DNA of 53,822 bases, the filler included, from Jimgerdemannia flammicorona (taxonomy: Eukaryota), in the NCBI GenBank assembly GCA_003990765.1. It is 3 parts of 3 records of this genome, joined end to end, with 100 filler letters (N's around TTAATTAATTAA, not from the genome) between each part and the next. Parts side by side here need not be neighbours in the genome. Positions count along the whole stretch, not along the records: positions 17,979 to 35,855 come from RBNJ01002378.1; positions 35,956 to 53,822 come from RBNJ01002379.1; 1 more part is not named here. One strand, given 5' to 3'. Below, piece by piece: positions 25,101 to 38,744 of this stretch (positions are counted from its first letter, which is position 1; every line of letters begins with the position of its first letter). Under the pieces are notes generated by a model. That model was not told the DNA's origin. It made no database searches and saw only the letters and a program-made list of their open reading frames with translations. Position numbers and translations under genes: made by a program.

Positions 25101-28100
25101 TACCTTTCTCTGGTAACATTCAGATTATACAACCTTTTGACAACACTTTTGATACAGTTTCTGAAGAAAAGCTACTAGTATTATGGCAACTATTGAGCAT
25201 TCCAAGATACATACTGGGCAGGGTGGCTCAGATGCATTTGACTGGCAGTATGTAGGGAGGGGCCCTGGCTTAGGGGGAAGTATGAGAGGCCTGCTAGCAG
25301 AAGGACATAGTAGGGGAGGGGGCAGTACTGGAGGTCAGAGGATAGAGAGAGTGAGCTTTGCAGATAAGATGAAGGGAGGTCAGCAGAGAGCTGGGCTGGA
25401 GAGCTGGCTTAGGAGAAGTAAGGAGATGATGAAGACTGCAGGGCAGCAGCCTCAAGGAGAAGTCTCTCTGAGAGGCTGAAGTAGTGGGACTGGTGGTATA
25501 GGAGCTGAGGGGGTGACTGCTGATGGGAGCATGATGGGCAATTAGGAAAAAAATCTAGATGGGACTACTGATGGTGGACTGAGCAGTGGGAAAGACATGA
25601 GGCCTAGCAATCTGGTAGATGGTGTAATGGGACTAGTGGTGGCACCATTACTCAAGAAGTCAATTTTGGAGTTTGCAGTCACCTTGTACTTCTAAGACTT
25701 AACAGTAATGGTGAAAATGGTCCTAGGGCTGATTGTAAAGCAGGTGGCTGAAGCAGTGTCTGTAAAGTTCCTGAAGAGACTGAAAGAAGTAGAGGTTAGC
25801 TTTGAGGAGGCTGGACCATTGGAGGAGACTCTGAAGGCAGGGTTGACAGTTAGAGAGATGTATATTCTGATGGTGCATTGCTTGAGGTGAGACTCCAGGG
25901 TGGTGCAATTGCTGGTGAAGAGGGTGTCCATGGTGACTGCTGAGGAGACAAGGAGGAGAGTTGTGGAAGTCATGGCTGAGTATTGTGAGGTAGTCAATGT
26001 TGGGTTCCAGGTCTGGGAGGGGATCTTATTCAGGACTAGGGATATTGATGTTTGAATTTGGTTGGTAGGGAAGGAAGCTACCAGGAAGGCTAGGGACTGG
26101 CTTTCAGTAATGATCTGGGGGGCTTTCTTATATAAGGTGACAAGGGTGAAGGGGAGTAAGAAGGAGAAAGGAATCTGCTGAAGGCACTGGAAGAGCTGAG
26201 CAGTGCTGTGGAGCAGAGGGCTAAGGCTTGGAAGGTGTATATTGAGTTGATGCATTTGGAAGTAGTAGATGGAAAGAGGATTTAAGTAGATAAGGGATGG
26301 TGGGAAAGATCCCAAGGATGCAAGAGGCAGAGAGAGCTGTTGGTAAAACTGGAAAGCAGGGTGAAGAAGAATACTAGTGGTATTGAAATCATGAGGGGAG
26401 CTAAGGAGAGTGTCTGGGCCAACAAGAATAGAGAGAATACAGAGAAGGGGCTAGGAGGGGGAGAGGAGGTGAAGGGAAATCACTCTTATGCAGATAGTAC
26501 CTTTGAGGTCTGGAAGCCATCCTGACCCCTATGCTACTTATTAGTCAAGATCCAGCTTCAAGGGGTAGGGTGGCAGAGGATATGCCTATGCAGGGAGCCC
26601 AGAGAGTACACTTTGGAGTTCCAGAGATAGCAAAAGAGGGGCAGGTGGTGGCAGTGGGTGAGGATGAACTGGTGGATGTTCAGGAGGAGAAGTGGGATGA
26701 GACTGTGAGCACAGGGGCTGATATCTCAATACTGAATGGAGGGCAGCCAGCAACTCCCAGGAGAAAGGAGGTGAGAAATCTACTATAGATGTGAAAGATA
26801 ATGAACAACTTTACAGCAGAGAAATTGGGGGAAGTGGACCTGTGAGTGATGAGTGATGAGCATTGAGCATATATCCTACATGGTGAGGGAGTGGTGGAGG
26901 TGCTGAAGGTGGAAATTCTTGCAGTTTTCCTGGAGAAGAAAGGGTATGAGGTTGATAAGAAGAGAGAGGCTGGGCTGGCAGTTGCTGCTGGTGAGAGGGC
27001 TGCTTTCTGTTGGATAGAGCAGCATGGGTTGCAGCTCTGACAGGAGGCCTGCCTAGAATATCATGAGGAATTCAAGGAGAAGGAGGATGGGGAGCTCACT
27101 GAACTTCTGGTTGAACTGGAGACTAAGAGGACTGAAGAGGAGGTAGAAGCTGCAGAACATGATCTAGTCCTGGCTCAAGAGGAGATGAATATAGAGCAGT
27201 AGAGGATATACTTACTATTATATATTATTTCTTATGAACAGTACAACCAACATATTCTCTTTAAATGTGAATGGGCTTCAGGGTTTGTTTCATCAATAGA
27301 ACATTTTTGCTTGGTGGAAGAGATTAGAGGCCAATCTCTTTCTTTTACAGAATATCAGGTGTAAGGATGATTTAAATAAACTGGAATAGACAAAGGAATA
27401 GAGAAGAGAGGCAGTTTGAAAGGACAAGATTGGGATTCTGGTCAGGAAGGGCAGAGGGGAGATATGAGATGTACAGTACTGGGGAGACAGACTGGTCTGG
27501 GGTGAGTGAATTTGCACTGGTCAGAAACTGATTACAGTTGGATCCTGCTACTGTTCTGCAGTGAGGGGTGAGCATATAGAGTGGGTGAAGGGTCTCCAGG
27601 AGGAAGGAACTCTGGTAGGAGCTAGAGTAGACATACTTGGTGGAGACTTTAATATGGTCAGAGATGTACTATTAGATAGAACTGATGGAGGGCAGGGGGC
27701 AGAGAGAAGGAGTGGAGGTTTGGAGGTATAGGAGGAAGTAAAGAGGCCAAGTACTTTAGTGGATACTGACAGAGAGCTATGGGATAACAGAAGGATATAT
27801 ATACATTGGGCAAGTGACCTGGGGATAAGGATTGACTGGATTTTGACAGCAAACTGCTGGGGTCTGGATGTTTGAGGGTCTCTGGAGGCAGAATGGTGTC
27901 CATGATCTGATCATTGGGGACTGCTAGGACAGGGACATTTTGGGGGGAGTGGGGATGGACCAGGATATTGGCACCTCAACTCCTCCCTGGTAAACAACAA
28001 GATACTATAGGACAAGTGGGCTGAGAATATTCAGCAGAGGGTGGAGAGATGGATAAGGAAAGGTACCTCAATTGGTGTTAGGTGGATGAGGCTGAAGGAA

Positions 28101-29990
28101 GCTGCTAGGGTCTATTGGAGAGAGGCAGGTGCAGCAGCTGAAAGACAGAGAAGGAAGAAGAGGGTGTGATAGGTTTTGTGGCCCTGGAGGGGGTAGAGGA
28201 TTGGAGATTGCTACAGGTGAGAAAGGAGGTTGTGGAGTTGCAATAGATATTGCAGGAGGAGGAGAAAGCACAGGTGTAGAGTATGGTAGTGCATCTCTAT
28301 TGGCAGGGGCTGGAGGAAGGAGAGAGGTCCTCTAAGTTTCTCATGAGAGCTCTTTAGGCAAAGAGGGTTCAGCAGAGGTGAGAGGGAGTTCTCGATTCTG
28401 AGGAGACATTGGTACATAGCATATAAAACATTCTCAGGTCACTGAAGGAGCAGTAGAGTGGCTTGTAGAGTAAGGAGAAGGGATGCCTCCATTGGTATTG
28501 CCTTGGAGGATTGGCACTCACCATAGGTAGAAGGGCTGGGCAATCTGGTGATGCTGGTGCAGGAGGAGGAGATTCACTAAGTTCTTACCACAACTATATT
28601 GGGTATAGCACCAGGTGAGGATGGCCTGCCTCGGGCTTTCTGGAAGAAGATGGTGGATGTCTCTGGTATGCTGGGAGAGCTGAGAGCACTCTGTGACTTG
28701 GTACTGTAGTCTGAGAGATGGATAGGGGAGCAGGATCTGGGGCTGGTGGCACTGCTGTATAAGAACAAGAGTAGGAGGGAGGACTGGAGAAACTGGAGGC
28801 TGATCATGCTACTGAACATAGACAGGAAGTTAATTACTAAGATGGTAGTAGTGAGGCTGCAGAAGGTGGTCCAGCAGGTCTTGGGGGTAGAGCAGTGGGG
28901 ATTTGTCAGAGGCCAACTCATTCAGGATGATACAGCTTGGGTATATAGTATTATTGAAGGAGCATGGGCCTGTAGATTGGATGGGCACCTGGTCTTCTTG
29001 GATCAGGAGAAGGCATATGACTATGTTTGGAGAGTCTGGTTGGCAAAGATACTAGACAGGATTGGAGTCCCTCACCAGTTCTGAGCAGCAATAGTCAGCC
29101 TACTAGAAGGGAGCAGAGCTGCACTTATGTGTAATGAGCATCAAGGGGTGGCTTTCCCTCTGGGTAGGGGTGTTCTCCAAGGGGACCTACTATCCCCCAT
29201 TTTGTATACACTCTTTTTGGAGCCTCTAATGGATAGGATTCAGCAGAAGATAGGAGGGCTTTCAGTTTATGGTATTGAGTAGAAAGTTGGTACTTTTGTG
29301 GATAATATAGTGGTCAGTCTGGGTTCAATTACCAATATTGAGGAACTCAAGGAGACTGTAGAGTAGTATGAGGCATACTCTGGAGTTAAACTCAATTGGC
29401 ACAAGTGTGAAAAAATGGTGCTGGGTAATGGTCTGGTAGAGGGAGAGGTCATTGGAATAATTGTCCCTGCTGGAGAGACAGTGAGGTGCTTGGGCATCTA
29501 TCTGTCAGTATATGGGTCCATTCTTCCAAAACTCTAGTAGAAGTAGTGGGTGGTTATCTGGAGAGAGGCTCTATGAAGCTGGGGAGGCCACCACTTATCT
29601 CTGGTAGGGCATGTTTCTATCTTGAATACTTACTGACTACTGAAGTTATGGTATCTGGTATATCATCTGAACTTCTCAGCCTGGGTAGTGAAGAGACTAC
29701 TGAAACTGGCCAAGGGGTGGATCTGGGGAGAGAGGAGGAGTCAGATTAGCTGGGACATTTTGTCCCTACTGGTAAATAGAGGAGGACTTGGGCTAGTTGA
29801 CTTCCCAAAGAGATTACACTGCCTGAGAGTATGGTAGCTGAAGAGAGCTGTTGAGCTGGGGGGAGGCAGCAGGGTTCCTCTATTGAAGAAGGTCTGGGAG
29901 ATGAGGTCTTCATCAAGAGGATCTACAGGAGATCTTCTGTCTTTGGTTGGGCTTTAGAACAATGGGCACATGCAGTTCAAGGACTTCTGG
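25101..29990 (+). mobile_element. L1/Tx1-clade LINE copy 1 (ORF1 25183-27202, ORF2 from 27234), 3' end cut by copy 2
   Basis: SLNVNG, GGDFN, PGEDG, NWRLIMLLNIDRK, LDQEKAYD, QGDLLSP, LGI. Many TGG-to-TAG stops. Confidence 0.92.
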
Positions 29991-30073
29991 CATCTCTCTC
30001 TGGTACCCCTCAGGTTACACAACTTTTTGGAAAGCAACTACAACATTATTTTTGGAGAAAAGAGACTAGCAAC

Positions 30074-32098
30074 ATAGCAACCGACAGGCAATCTGAGGTG
30101 TGTACTGAGCAGGACAGCCCAAGCATGTTCGACTGGTAGCATGTGGGGAGAGGCCCTGGCCTGGGGGGAGGTATAAGGGGGCTGCTGGTGGGTGGATAAG
30201 GTAGGGAAGGAGGCAGTAGTGGAGGACAGAGATCTGGAAGGGTGAGCTTTGCTGAGATGGTGAAGGGGAGAAGGCAGATGATGGGGCTGGAGAGTTGGTT
30301 GAGGAAAGGCAAGGAAAAGGAGAAGGCAACAGTATATGGGGGAGTAGCCCTTGGCAGAGGAGGTGGTGGGGCTGGAGATATAGTAGCTAGGGGGGGTGTG
30401 ATGGCTGATGGAGATGGAACTGCTAATCTGGAAAAAAATCCAGATGTGACTGTGGATGGTGTGGCTGAGTGATTGGGGCCTGGGAGACAAGGAGATTTAG
30501 CAGATAGTGTAATGGGCCTGGCAGTGACACCGTTACTCAAGAAATCGATCTCAGCATTTGTGATGACACTGTGCTTCCAGGGCCTAGCAGTGATGGTGAA
30601 AATAGTACTGGGGCTGATTGCTAAGCAGGTGGCTGGAGTGGCATCTGTAAAGTTTTTGAAGGGACTGGAGGGAGTGGAAGTGGGCTTTGAGGAGGCTGAG
30701 CCTTTGGAGGAAGCATTGAAGGTTGGATTGATAGTTGGGGAGGTGTGTGTTCCAATGGCATGATGTCTGAAATAGGATCCCAGAGTGGTCCAACTGCTGG
30801 TGAAAGGGGTGCCCACAGTGATGGCAATGGAGACAAGAAAGAGAGTCGAGGAGGTCATGGTGGAGTATGGAGAGGTGGTGGATATTGGATTCAGAGTCTA
30901 AGAGGAGACCTTGCTCAGGACTGAAGATGTGGATGTGAGAATTTAGCTTACAGAAAAGGAGGCCACTGGGAAGGCAAGGGACTGGCCTTCCATTGTGGTC
31001 TGGGGGGCAATCATGTGCAAGGTAATGAGGGTGAAGGGGAGTGAGGAGGAGGAAGAGGACCTATTGGAAGCACTGAAAGAGTTGAGTGGTGCGGTGGACC
31101 AGCAGGTGAAGGCTTGGAGGGCCTTTGAGGAGACAATGCACTTGGAGGTGGTGGATGGGAAGCAGATTTGAGTAAGCAAGGAGCAGTGGGAATGAGATCA
31201 GAGATGTAAGAGACAGAGAGAACTGCTGGCAAAGATGAAGAGTAGGCCTCAGAAGGATACGAGCAGGATGGTGGACACAGGGGAGGCCAAAGCGAGTGTC
31301 TGAGCAGGTGAGGGAAGTGGGAGTGCTGGGAAGGGGACTGGTGAGAACAGAGAGGCGACTGGTAAGGACCTGTATGCAAATGGTATGCTGGAGGTTTGGG
31401 ATGAGATATGGGAGGACTCTCCTATCCCTACTCCCCTTATCAGGCAGGGCCTAGCTTCCTGAAGCAGGATGGTGGAGGATGTGCCAATGCAGGGGGCCCA
31501 GCATGTGTAATTTGGAGTCCCGGAGGCAGCAAAAGGGGGACAAGTGGTGGCAGTCAGTGAGGAGGAACTGGTGGATGTCCCAGAGGAGTGGGACAAGGCT
31601 GCGAGTGCTGGGGCTGATACCACGATGCTGGATGGTGGGAGGCCAGTGACTCCTGGAGGAAAGGAGGTGGGGAACTTACTTTGGATGTGCAGGATGATGA
31701 ACAACCTGGTGGCCAAGGAGCTGGGAGAGGTGGATCTGAGAGTAATGAGTAATGAGCATTGGGCAAGGATCCTGCAGAGGGAGGGAGTGGTGATGGCATT
31801 GAATGCAGAAATTCTTGTGGTATATCTGGAAGAGGAGGGCTATGAGGTAGATAAGGAGCGGGAGGCAGAGATGGTGGGAGTTACAGAAGAGAGGGCTGAA
31901 TACTGCTGGATTAAGCATCATGGACTGCAGCTCTGGCAGAAGGCTTGCCTGGAGTACTGTGAGGATTTCGAGGAGAAGGCAGATGGGGAGATGAATGAGC
32001 TGTTGGCTGGACTGGAGGCTCAGAGGGCTGAAGAGGAGGCAGTGACTGTGGAACATGATCTGGACTTGGCACAGGAGGAGATGAACATGGAGCAGTAG
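30074..32098 (+). pseudogene. LINE ORF1 with an acidic, coiled-coil-like C-terminus
   Basis: Track ORFs 30242, 30473 and 31544 share one frame and are homologous to copy 1 ORF1. Confidence 0.75.
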
Positions 32099-32128
32099 AG
32101 AAAGCTTGATAATATACCATTTTTTACT

Positions 32129-35100
32129 ATAAACAGTACAACCAACATTTTTTCTTTGAATGTGAATGGGTTACAGGGCACTTATCGATGTAAGAACATT
32201 TTTACTTGGCTGAAGGGATTGGAGGCCGATCTCTTCCTCTTGCAGGATGTCAGGTGTGAGGATGACTTGGATAGACTGGAATAGATGAAGGAGTGGAGAG
32301 GTGAGGCAGTCTGGAAGGACAAGATTGGAATTCTGGTGTGGAAAGACAGAGGGGAGATAAGGGATGTGCAGAGCTGGGGGGATAGATTGGTCTGGGGAGA
32401 GTGGATATGCACAAGTTGGGAGCCAGTCATGGTGGGCTCCTATTACTGCTCTGCAGTATGAGGTGAGTATGTGAATTAGGTGAAGGGCCTACAGGAGAGT
32501 GAAATTCTTGTAGAGATTGGGGTGGATATGCTTGGGGGGGACTTCAATATAGTCTGAGATGTGTTGAGGGATAGAACTGATGGAGGATGAGGAGCAGAGG
32601 GTCAGAGTGGAGGACTGGCAGCATGGGAGGAAGTGGAAAGACTGAGTGCTCTGGTGGATGTGGGTAGAGAATGTTGGGGGGATAGGAGGGTGTACATGCA
32701 CTGGGCTGGGGGCCTGGGGACGAGGATTGACTAGATTCTGACAGCCAGCTGCTGGGGCTTGGATGTTTGGAAGTCACTGGAGGTGGAATGGTGTCCTTGG
32801 TTGGATCATTGGGGGCTTTTAGGGCAGGGACATTTTGGGGGGAGTGGGGATGGGCCTGGACATTGGTGTCTCAATTCCTCCTTACTAGATGATAAGATCT
32901 GATGGGATGAGTGGGCTGAAGATATTCAACTGCGTGTAGAGTGCTGGAGGCAGGAAGGGGCCCCAGTTGCTATTCAGTGGAGGAGGATGAAGAAGATGGC
33001 CAGGACCTTCTGAAGTGAGGCTGGTAAGGAGGCTGGGAAACAGAGGAGGTAGCAGGTGCGGTGGGCTTCTAGTAGACTGTCTAGACTCTTGGAGGACTGG
33101 GCAAGACTGGTGATGTTGGAGGGGGAGGAGGACTGGAGATTGATAAGGGTAAGAATGGAGGTGGTTGAACTACAACAGGTGCTGTGGAATGAGGAAGAGG
33201 CAAGGGTCCAGGGTCTGGTAGCATGGCTTCATTGGCAGGAGTTGGAGGAAGGAGAGCAGCCCTCAAAGTTTCTCACAAGAGCCCTTCAGGTAAAAAGGGT
33301 GTAATAAAGGTAGGAGGGGTGCTAGATGCTGATGGTATATTGGTGCATGGTGTACAAGACATTCTTGAATTGTTAAAGGAGCATTGGAGTGGATTGTGGA
33401 GTGAGGAGGAGGGTGGAGCAGATGCTGAGGACATTGACTGAGCATTGGAGGATTGACACCCTACACAAGCAGATGGGCTGAGTGACTTAGTACTGCTGGT
33501 GCAAGAGGAGGAGATCCACTAGGTTCTTGCCATGACAATCTTGAGTACAGTGCCTGGAGAGGATGGTCTGCCCTGGGACTTCTGGAAAAAGATAGTGGGA
33601 GTCCCAGGAGTACTGGAAGAGATGACAGTACTGTGTGATTGGATTCTACAGATGGAGAGATGGGTGGGAGACCAGGATCTGAGGCTGGTGACATTGCTTT
33701 ATAAGAACAAAGGAAGGTGAGAGGACTGGAAGAACTGGAGGCCAATTATGCTACTGGATATGGACAGAAAGTTGGTTACCAAGGTGGTGGTCGCAAGGTT
33801 GCAAAAGGTGGCCCAGCAAGTCTTGGGTGATGAGTAGAGGGGCTTTGTGGGAGGCCGATTCATCAGAGATGGCACAGCATGGGTTCATGAAGTTATTGAA
33901 GGGGCACAAGCCAGTGGACTGGATGGGCATCTGGTCTTTCTGGACCAGGAGAAGGCTTATGACTGAGTGTGACAGGTCTGGCTGGTGAAAGTATTGGATA
34001 GGATTGGGGTCCCGCATCAGTTCAGAACAGCTATGGTCAGCCTACTGGAAGAAAGTAGGGCTGCACTTATGTGTAATGGACACAGAGGGGTAGCATTTCC
34101 CCTGGGTAGGGGGGTGCCCCAAGGGGACCCACTGTCCCCCATTTTGTACACTCTTTCTCTAGAGCCCTTCATGGACAGAATCAGGCAGAAGATAGTGGGG
34201 CTCTCTATCTTTGACATTGGGTGGAAAGTAGGGACATTTGCAGATAACATGGTGGTTGGCCTGGGATCAATTGCAGATGTAGAGAAGCTCAAGGAGACAG
34301 TGAAGTGGTATGAGGCAAACTCTGGGGCTAGGCTTAATTGGCATAAGTACAAAACAATGGTGTTAGACAATAGTCTGGTGGGAGGGGAGATTATTGGTAC
34401 CATTGTCCCTGCTGGCAAGGCGGTATAGTACTTGGGTATTTATCTGTCAGTATATGGGTCAGTTCTGCCCAGACTTTGGTGGGAGCAGTAGGTTGGTATC
34501 TAGGAGGAGGCCCTGTGGAGTTGGGGGGGCCACCAATTGTCTCTGGCAGGATGCATTTTGATTCTGAACATCTATTGGCTGCTAAAGTTGTAGTATCTGG
34601 CTTATCATCTGGACTTCCCAGCTTGGGTGGTGAAGCGATTGATGAAGCTGGCCAAGGGGTGGATCTGGGCTGGAAGGTGGAGTCAGATCAGCTGAGAGGT
34701 CTTGTCCTTACCGGTGGTGAGTGAGGGACTTGGGCTGGTGGACCTTCCTAAGAGGCTGCACTGCTTGAGAGTGTGGTGGCTGAAGAGAGTGGTGGAGTTG
34801 AGAGGGGGTGGTTGGGTTCCCCTACTGCAGAAAGTATGGAAGATGAGGTCCTCTCCAAGGGGTTCAACTGGTGATCTCCTAGCACTTGTGAGCCTTCAGA
34901 ACATCAAACAATTGTGATACAAAGGCTTCTGGTGGAGAGTGGCAGAAGGGGCATGCTGCATTAGAATTAGGTGGCAGGGAAATGAAGGGGAGGCAGCTTG
35001 GGACCCAGCGATGTAGAGATGGGACCAAGTGTTACTGGGTGGCATTCCCTTAATTAAGTTTGACATTGGTGATGGGATTGAATACCAATGGAGACCAGGC

Positions 35101-35784
35101 CAGGACCTGTGGCCTAGCAGTTGGCAAGGAGTAGGAATCAGCGAAAAGTGGGACTAGCATAGCATTTGGGCCTGGAGTGCTGAGATGAGGAGGTAGCTAC
35201 TGCCAAAGTACTAGGTGGTCTGGTGGCGAGTGCTGAGGCAGAATATCATGCTCAACTTCTGCTCAAGTCACCTTATCGAGGGAGGTTGCTTTGACTGTGA
35301 AGAGTGTTATAATGTAGGGCAGGAAGGGAAATATATGCAGATGCCTGAACATTGGCTAGGAGAGTGTGAGGTACTTTGTACCTTTTGGCAGAACATTGGG
35401 GATCATTTGGGGGTAGTGTGTAGGAGAGCTGGCATGTGGGGGCAATGGGAGGATTTAAGGAATAGATTGGAGGGGGAGGTGGGGAAGGAATGGCTGATAT
35501 TAGGCTGGGCTTTGGCCATTTGGGTGGGGCTGGCCAGTTACTGGTTATTTGTTTTTGAGGATGGGAGGACACTTGGCTCAGAGATCAGACTGCTGAGGTG
35601 GCATAGCCTTATGGAAGACACCTTGATGGGTTGGTGGCTTGGTTGGGGGTTGCAGGGGGGTCAAAGGCATCATTTGGTAGAGAAAATCTGTAGGCAGAGT
35701 GGGGAGAGGGTTAGAGTTGTGGGTGAGAAAGTGGTCTTTGTTTGTGTAGGTGGGGGGAGTGGCACCCCTATGGGGATCGGATAG
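32129..35784 (+). pseudogene. LINE ORF2: APE endonuclease plus reverse transcriptase
   Basis: SLNVNGL, FLLQD, GGDFN, RID, DH; PGEDG, NWRPIML, GVPQGDPLSPILY, FADNM (FADD), YLGI; CFDCEEC...EHWLGEC. Confidence 0.92.
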
Positions 35785-35855
35785 TGGGAGGGTATCCTGT
35801 ATACTTATTAATAGATGGGTAATAAATGGCAGAGTCCAAGTGACTATAAAAAAAA

Positions 35856-35955
35856 NNNNNNNNNNNNNNNNNNNNNNNNNNNNNNNNNNNNNNNNNNNNT
35901 TAATTAATTAANNNNNNNNNNNNNNNNNNNNNNNNNNNNNNNNNNNNNNNNNNNN
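35856..35955. other. Assembly gap with TTAATTAATTAA linker
   Basis: Same 100-nt N/linker block as the first gap. Confidence 0.97.
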
Positions 35956-37164
35956 TTGTGCGCTGTGACTTCGGTTTGACTCAGCTTCGTGATCAGGCAG
36001 GTGATTTCCAGATTTGTTCGGAGGTCGCGTGTGATTTCAGTGGCTTGTCCAGAGGGTGACGTGTGATTTCGGTGGCTTGGAGGTTGTGCGCTTACAATGC
36101 CAGGCGCAGCAGGGCTGATAAGCCTGTACCTCATTCTGTGCACTATGCTCTCCCTACCACTAGGGGAAACCCAACCATACACCAACGACCGAAAGCGCAT
36201 GCCTGAGAACCCAACATATGTACAAGGCTATGCCCGAGCCAAATAGAATAGCCCCTGCCACCCCAAAGAGAATGACAAGCAAAGAAAAAACCCTCATCAC
36301 AGTACAACATAGTGGGTAGGGCCTGGTTCTCCCAGTTGAGGTGAGTAAAGGACTTATACGTGAGGTGGGAGGAAACCCCCAATACCCCACTACTCAAGCC
36401 TGCGGGCCTCGATCACATTGCCGTATCAGCTCTCAGTTCCAGTTGAGTGCAGCCAAGATGCCTGAAATGGGTAGCCTCAGGCCCCCTGACCCCCCCTGAC
36501 GACTGGGGCCTCATCCCGCTACCCGCCAAAAGAAGCCGAGAGTGACACCTACCACCTAACTGCACCGCATCAATCAAAAGGCCCCACTGAAGCAGCACCT
36601 GCCCCAGCCCTGACGACCGCCCCCAGCCTGGCACCCTACTGGTTCACCGTAATCACCCTTTCACCTATCTGTGATGGCCATCTCCCCTCCCATCCCGACA
36701 ACACCTGAAAAGCAGTCACCTATGCCAGAACTACGCTCGCCGGGAAGCTTGCCAAAGCCAGAGGGCCCCACCACAGGCACCGAGGACCTACAGGTAACCT
36801 ATACTGAGCACTTGATGCCCAAGGTCAGCCAACTCCCTACATAGCCCAAGATACACTAAGACAACTCCTTGTTGGCGATGGCAAAAGGAAGAAGGCGCTG
36901 CACCAAAACGGGTATACCCCAGATGCAGCTGAAGGCACCAGAATTCATGAAAAAGTGGAGGAAGTACCGATCTGATACTGATAAAGGGGCAACTCATCAC
37001 CATTGCCCTCCTCCCACCATGCCCCTGCAGGCACAGCAAACCAACCCGAGGTAGAGGGGGTAATATTAGGGGAAAGGGGACTCAGAAGGTCACCTACCAA
37101 ACCTTGTGACTGGTAAGGTAGCGGAGAAAGGAGCGCATTGAGAAGAGGTTATTCTCCTTTTAAC

Positions 37165-37440
37165 AGATGACGAGGCCACTCAAGATGACAAGGCCATCAT
37201 TACTATTCAAGATGATGAGGCCATCATTACTATTCAAGATGATGACGAGACCATCATTCAAGAAATTCAAGATGAGACCACAATTCAAGATGATAACACC
37301 ATCCTTACTATTCAAGATGATGAGGCTACCAATGAGGCTGCCAATGAGACTGCCAATGAGGCCACTAACGAGGCTGCCGATGCTGCCAAGACTGCTGATG
37401 CCACTAAGGCCGCTGATGCCACTAAGGCTGCCACTGCTCC
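37165..37440 (+). repeat. Coding-like tandem repeats (IQDDEAIIT, NEAA and ADATKA units)
   Basis: 27-bp CCATCATTACTATTCAAGATGATGAGG, 12-bp AATGAGGCTGCC and 18-bp GCTGATGCCACTAAGGCC units. Confidence 0.7.
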
Positions 37441-37620
37441 AAGAAGGCCAAGAGGCAAGCCTTGCACGAGCTGCTTCAATTGCTGGCAGTATGGAAAGAC
37501 ATGTAGTACCTTATCCAAAATTTTCCAAAAGTTAAACCCATTGACTCCAAACCTTCCTCTTGAAAAATAACCATATAATAATGCTCAGCAGATGGCAGCT
37601 GCAGCCAGGTGTCACAAGAA

Positions 37621-37769
37621 GTAGACCATTGCAGGCGCAGGGGGATAGACAATAAAAAGAATTTTGGTTACTTGGCAATAAAAATTTTTGTAGGAAGTAG
37701 ACCATTGTAGGCACAGGGGGGTAGATAATAAAAAGAATTTTGATTACTTGACAATAAAAATTTTTGTAG
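37621..37769 (+). repeat. ~76-bp direct tandem duplication
   Basis: GTAGACCATTG(C/T)AGGC...AATAAAAATTTTTGTAG occurs twice. Confidence 0.85.
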
Positions 37770-37786
37770 CATGTGTTATGTGTGAC

Positions 37787-38001
37787 AAATTGAGACTCTC
37801 GATTGAACTTCTAATTCGATTCGTATTGAATCGAATCAAACCCCCAATTCAATTCATATTGAATTGAATCAAACTCCCAATTCGATTCAAATTTGATTTG
37901 ATTCGAATTCAATTTGAATATGAAAATCTCCATTTCCATTCGATTCGAATCAATCTCAATTTGATTCGATTCAAATATATTCGATTCATTTGGGAGCACT
38001 A
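37787..38001. mobile_element. Orphan hAT transposon end with subterminal GAATC/TTCGA repeats
   Basis: Ends in GAGCACTA (TIR TAGTGCTC), in the same orientation as the end at 41437. Confidence 0.7.
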
Positions 38002-38740
38002 CCCAGGGTATTGCTGAGGTAGTAGATGAGAAGAAGTGGCTGTAGAAGATGCTGGAGAGGGTGGCAGCAGAAGAGCTGGGGGGAGAGAACTTCCAGATTA
38101 TGGAAGATAGATATTGGGAGGAAATCCTTCATGGTGAGGAGGTACCGAGAAAGGTTAGGAATGAGATTCTGGCTGTACTCTTAGAATCAGTCAAGTATCA
38201 AGTAGATGATCAGTGGGAGGAGAAACTTTGAGGGATTGCGAATGACTGAGCAATATACTTATGGAATTCGAGGAAGGGCTTAGAGAAGTAGAGAGTGGTA
38301 TGTGCAGATTATCAGGTAGAAATAGAGGTAGTGGATGGGGCAGAATGTTAAGAGATCTTAGAGGTATTAGATGCTTAGGTCATAGTGGAAGGTGAACTAG
38401 AAGCAGAGCAGTGATTGAATCTGACTGAGGATGAGATAAGCATAGAATACTAGGCTGGGTTCTCCAATTCAAATATTATTCAATATGAATAGTATAATTA
38501 GAATATTCTCTTTGAACATGAATGAGTTGAGGGGGGCAGCTCAGCAAAGGCTCATATTTGGTTGGCTCAAGAGATTAGATGTAGATCTCTTCTTACTATA
38601 GAATATATATTATGAGATAGATGTGAACTTATAGGATTGGACTAGGGAGTGGGGGGGGGGCAGCTGTGTGGTTTGGACAGATGGGTATCCTAGTTCAAAA
38701 GGAGATAGGAGATATGTATCAACTCCTGGTGGATATTCAA
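38002..38740 (+). mobile_element. Fragment of a more diverged LINE (ORF1 C-terminus and ORF2 start)
   Basis: ERVAAEELGGENFQIMEDRYWEEILHGE resembles NNLVAKELGEVDLRVMSNEHWARILQRE of copy 2 ORF1. Confidence 0.65.
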
Positions 38741-38744
38741 CAGT

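Larger units (their letters stand above)
29991..35855 (+). mobile_element. Full-length degenerate L1/Tx1-clade LINE copy 2
   Basis: 5' UTR matches that of copy 1, followed by ORF1, ORF2 (APE, RT, C-terminal Cys/His motif), AATAAA at 35821 and an A-tail running into the gap. Confidence 0.93.

Noticed and set aside
25692..35572. Many minus-strand Pro/Ser-rich ORFs
   Set aside because: Antisense shadows of the G-rich LINE coding strands.
36143..37070. Possible minus-strand LINE 3' end
   Set aside because: Only vague similarity to a C-terminal Cys/His region and no diagnostic motif.
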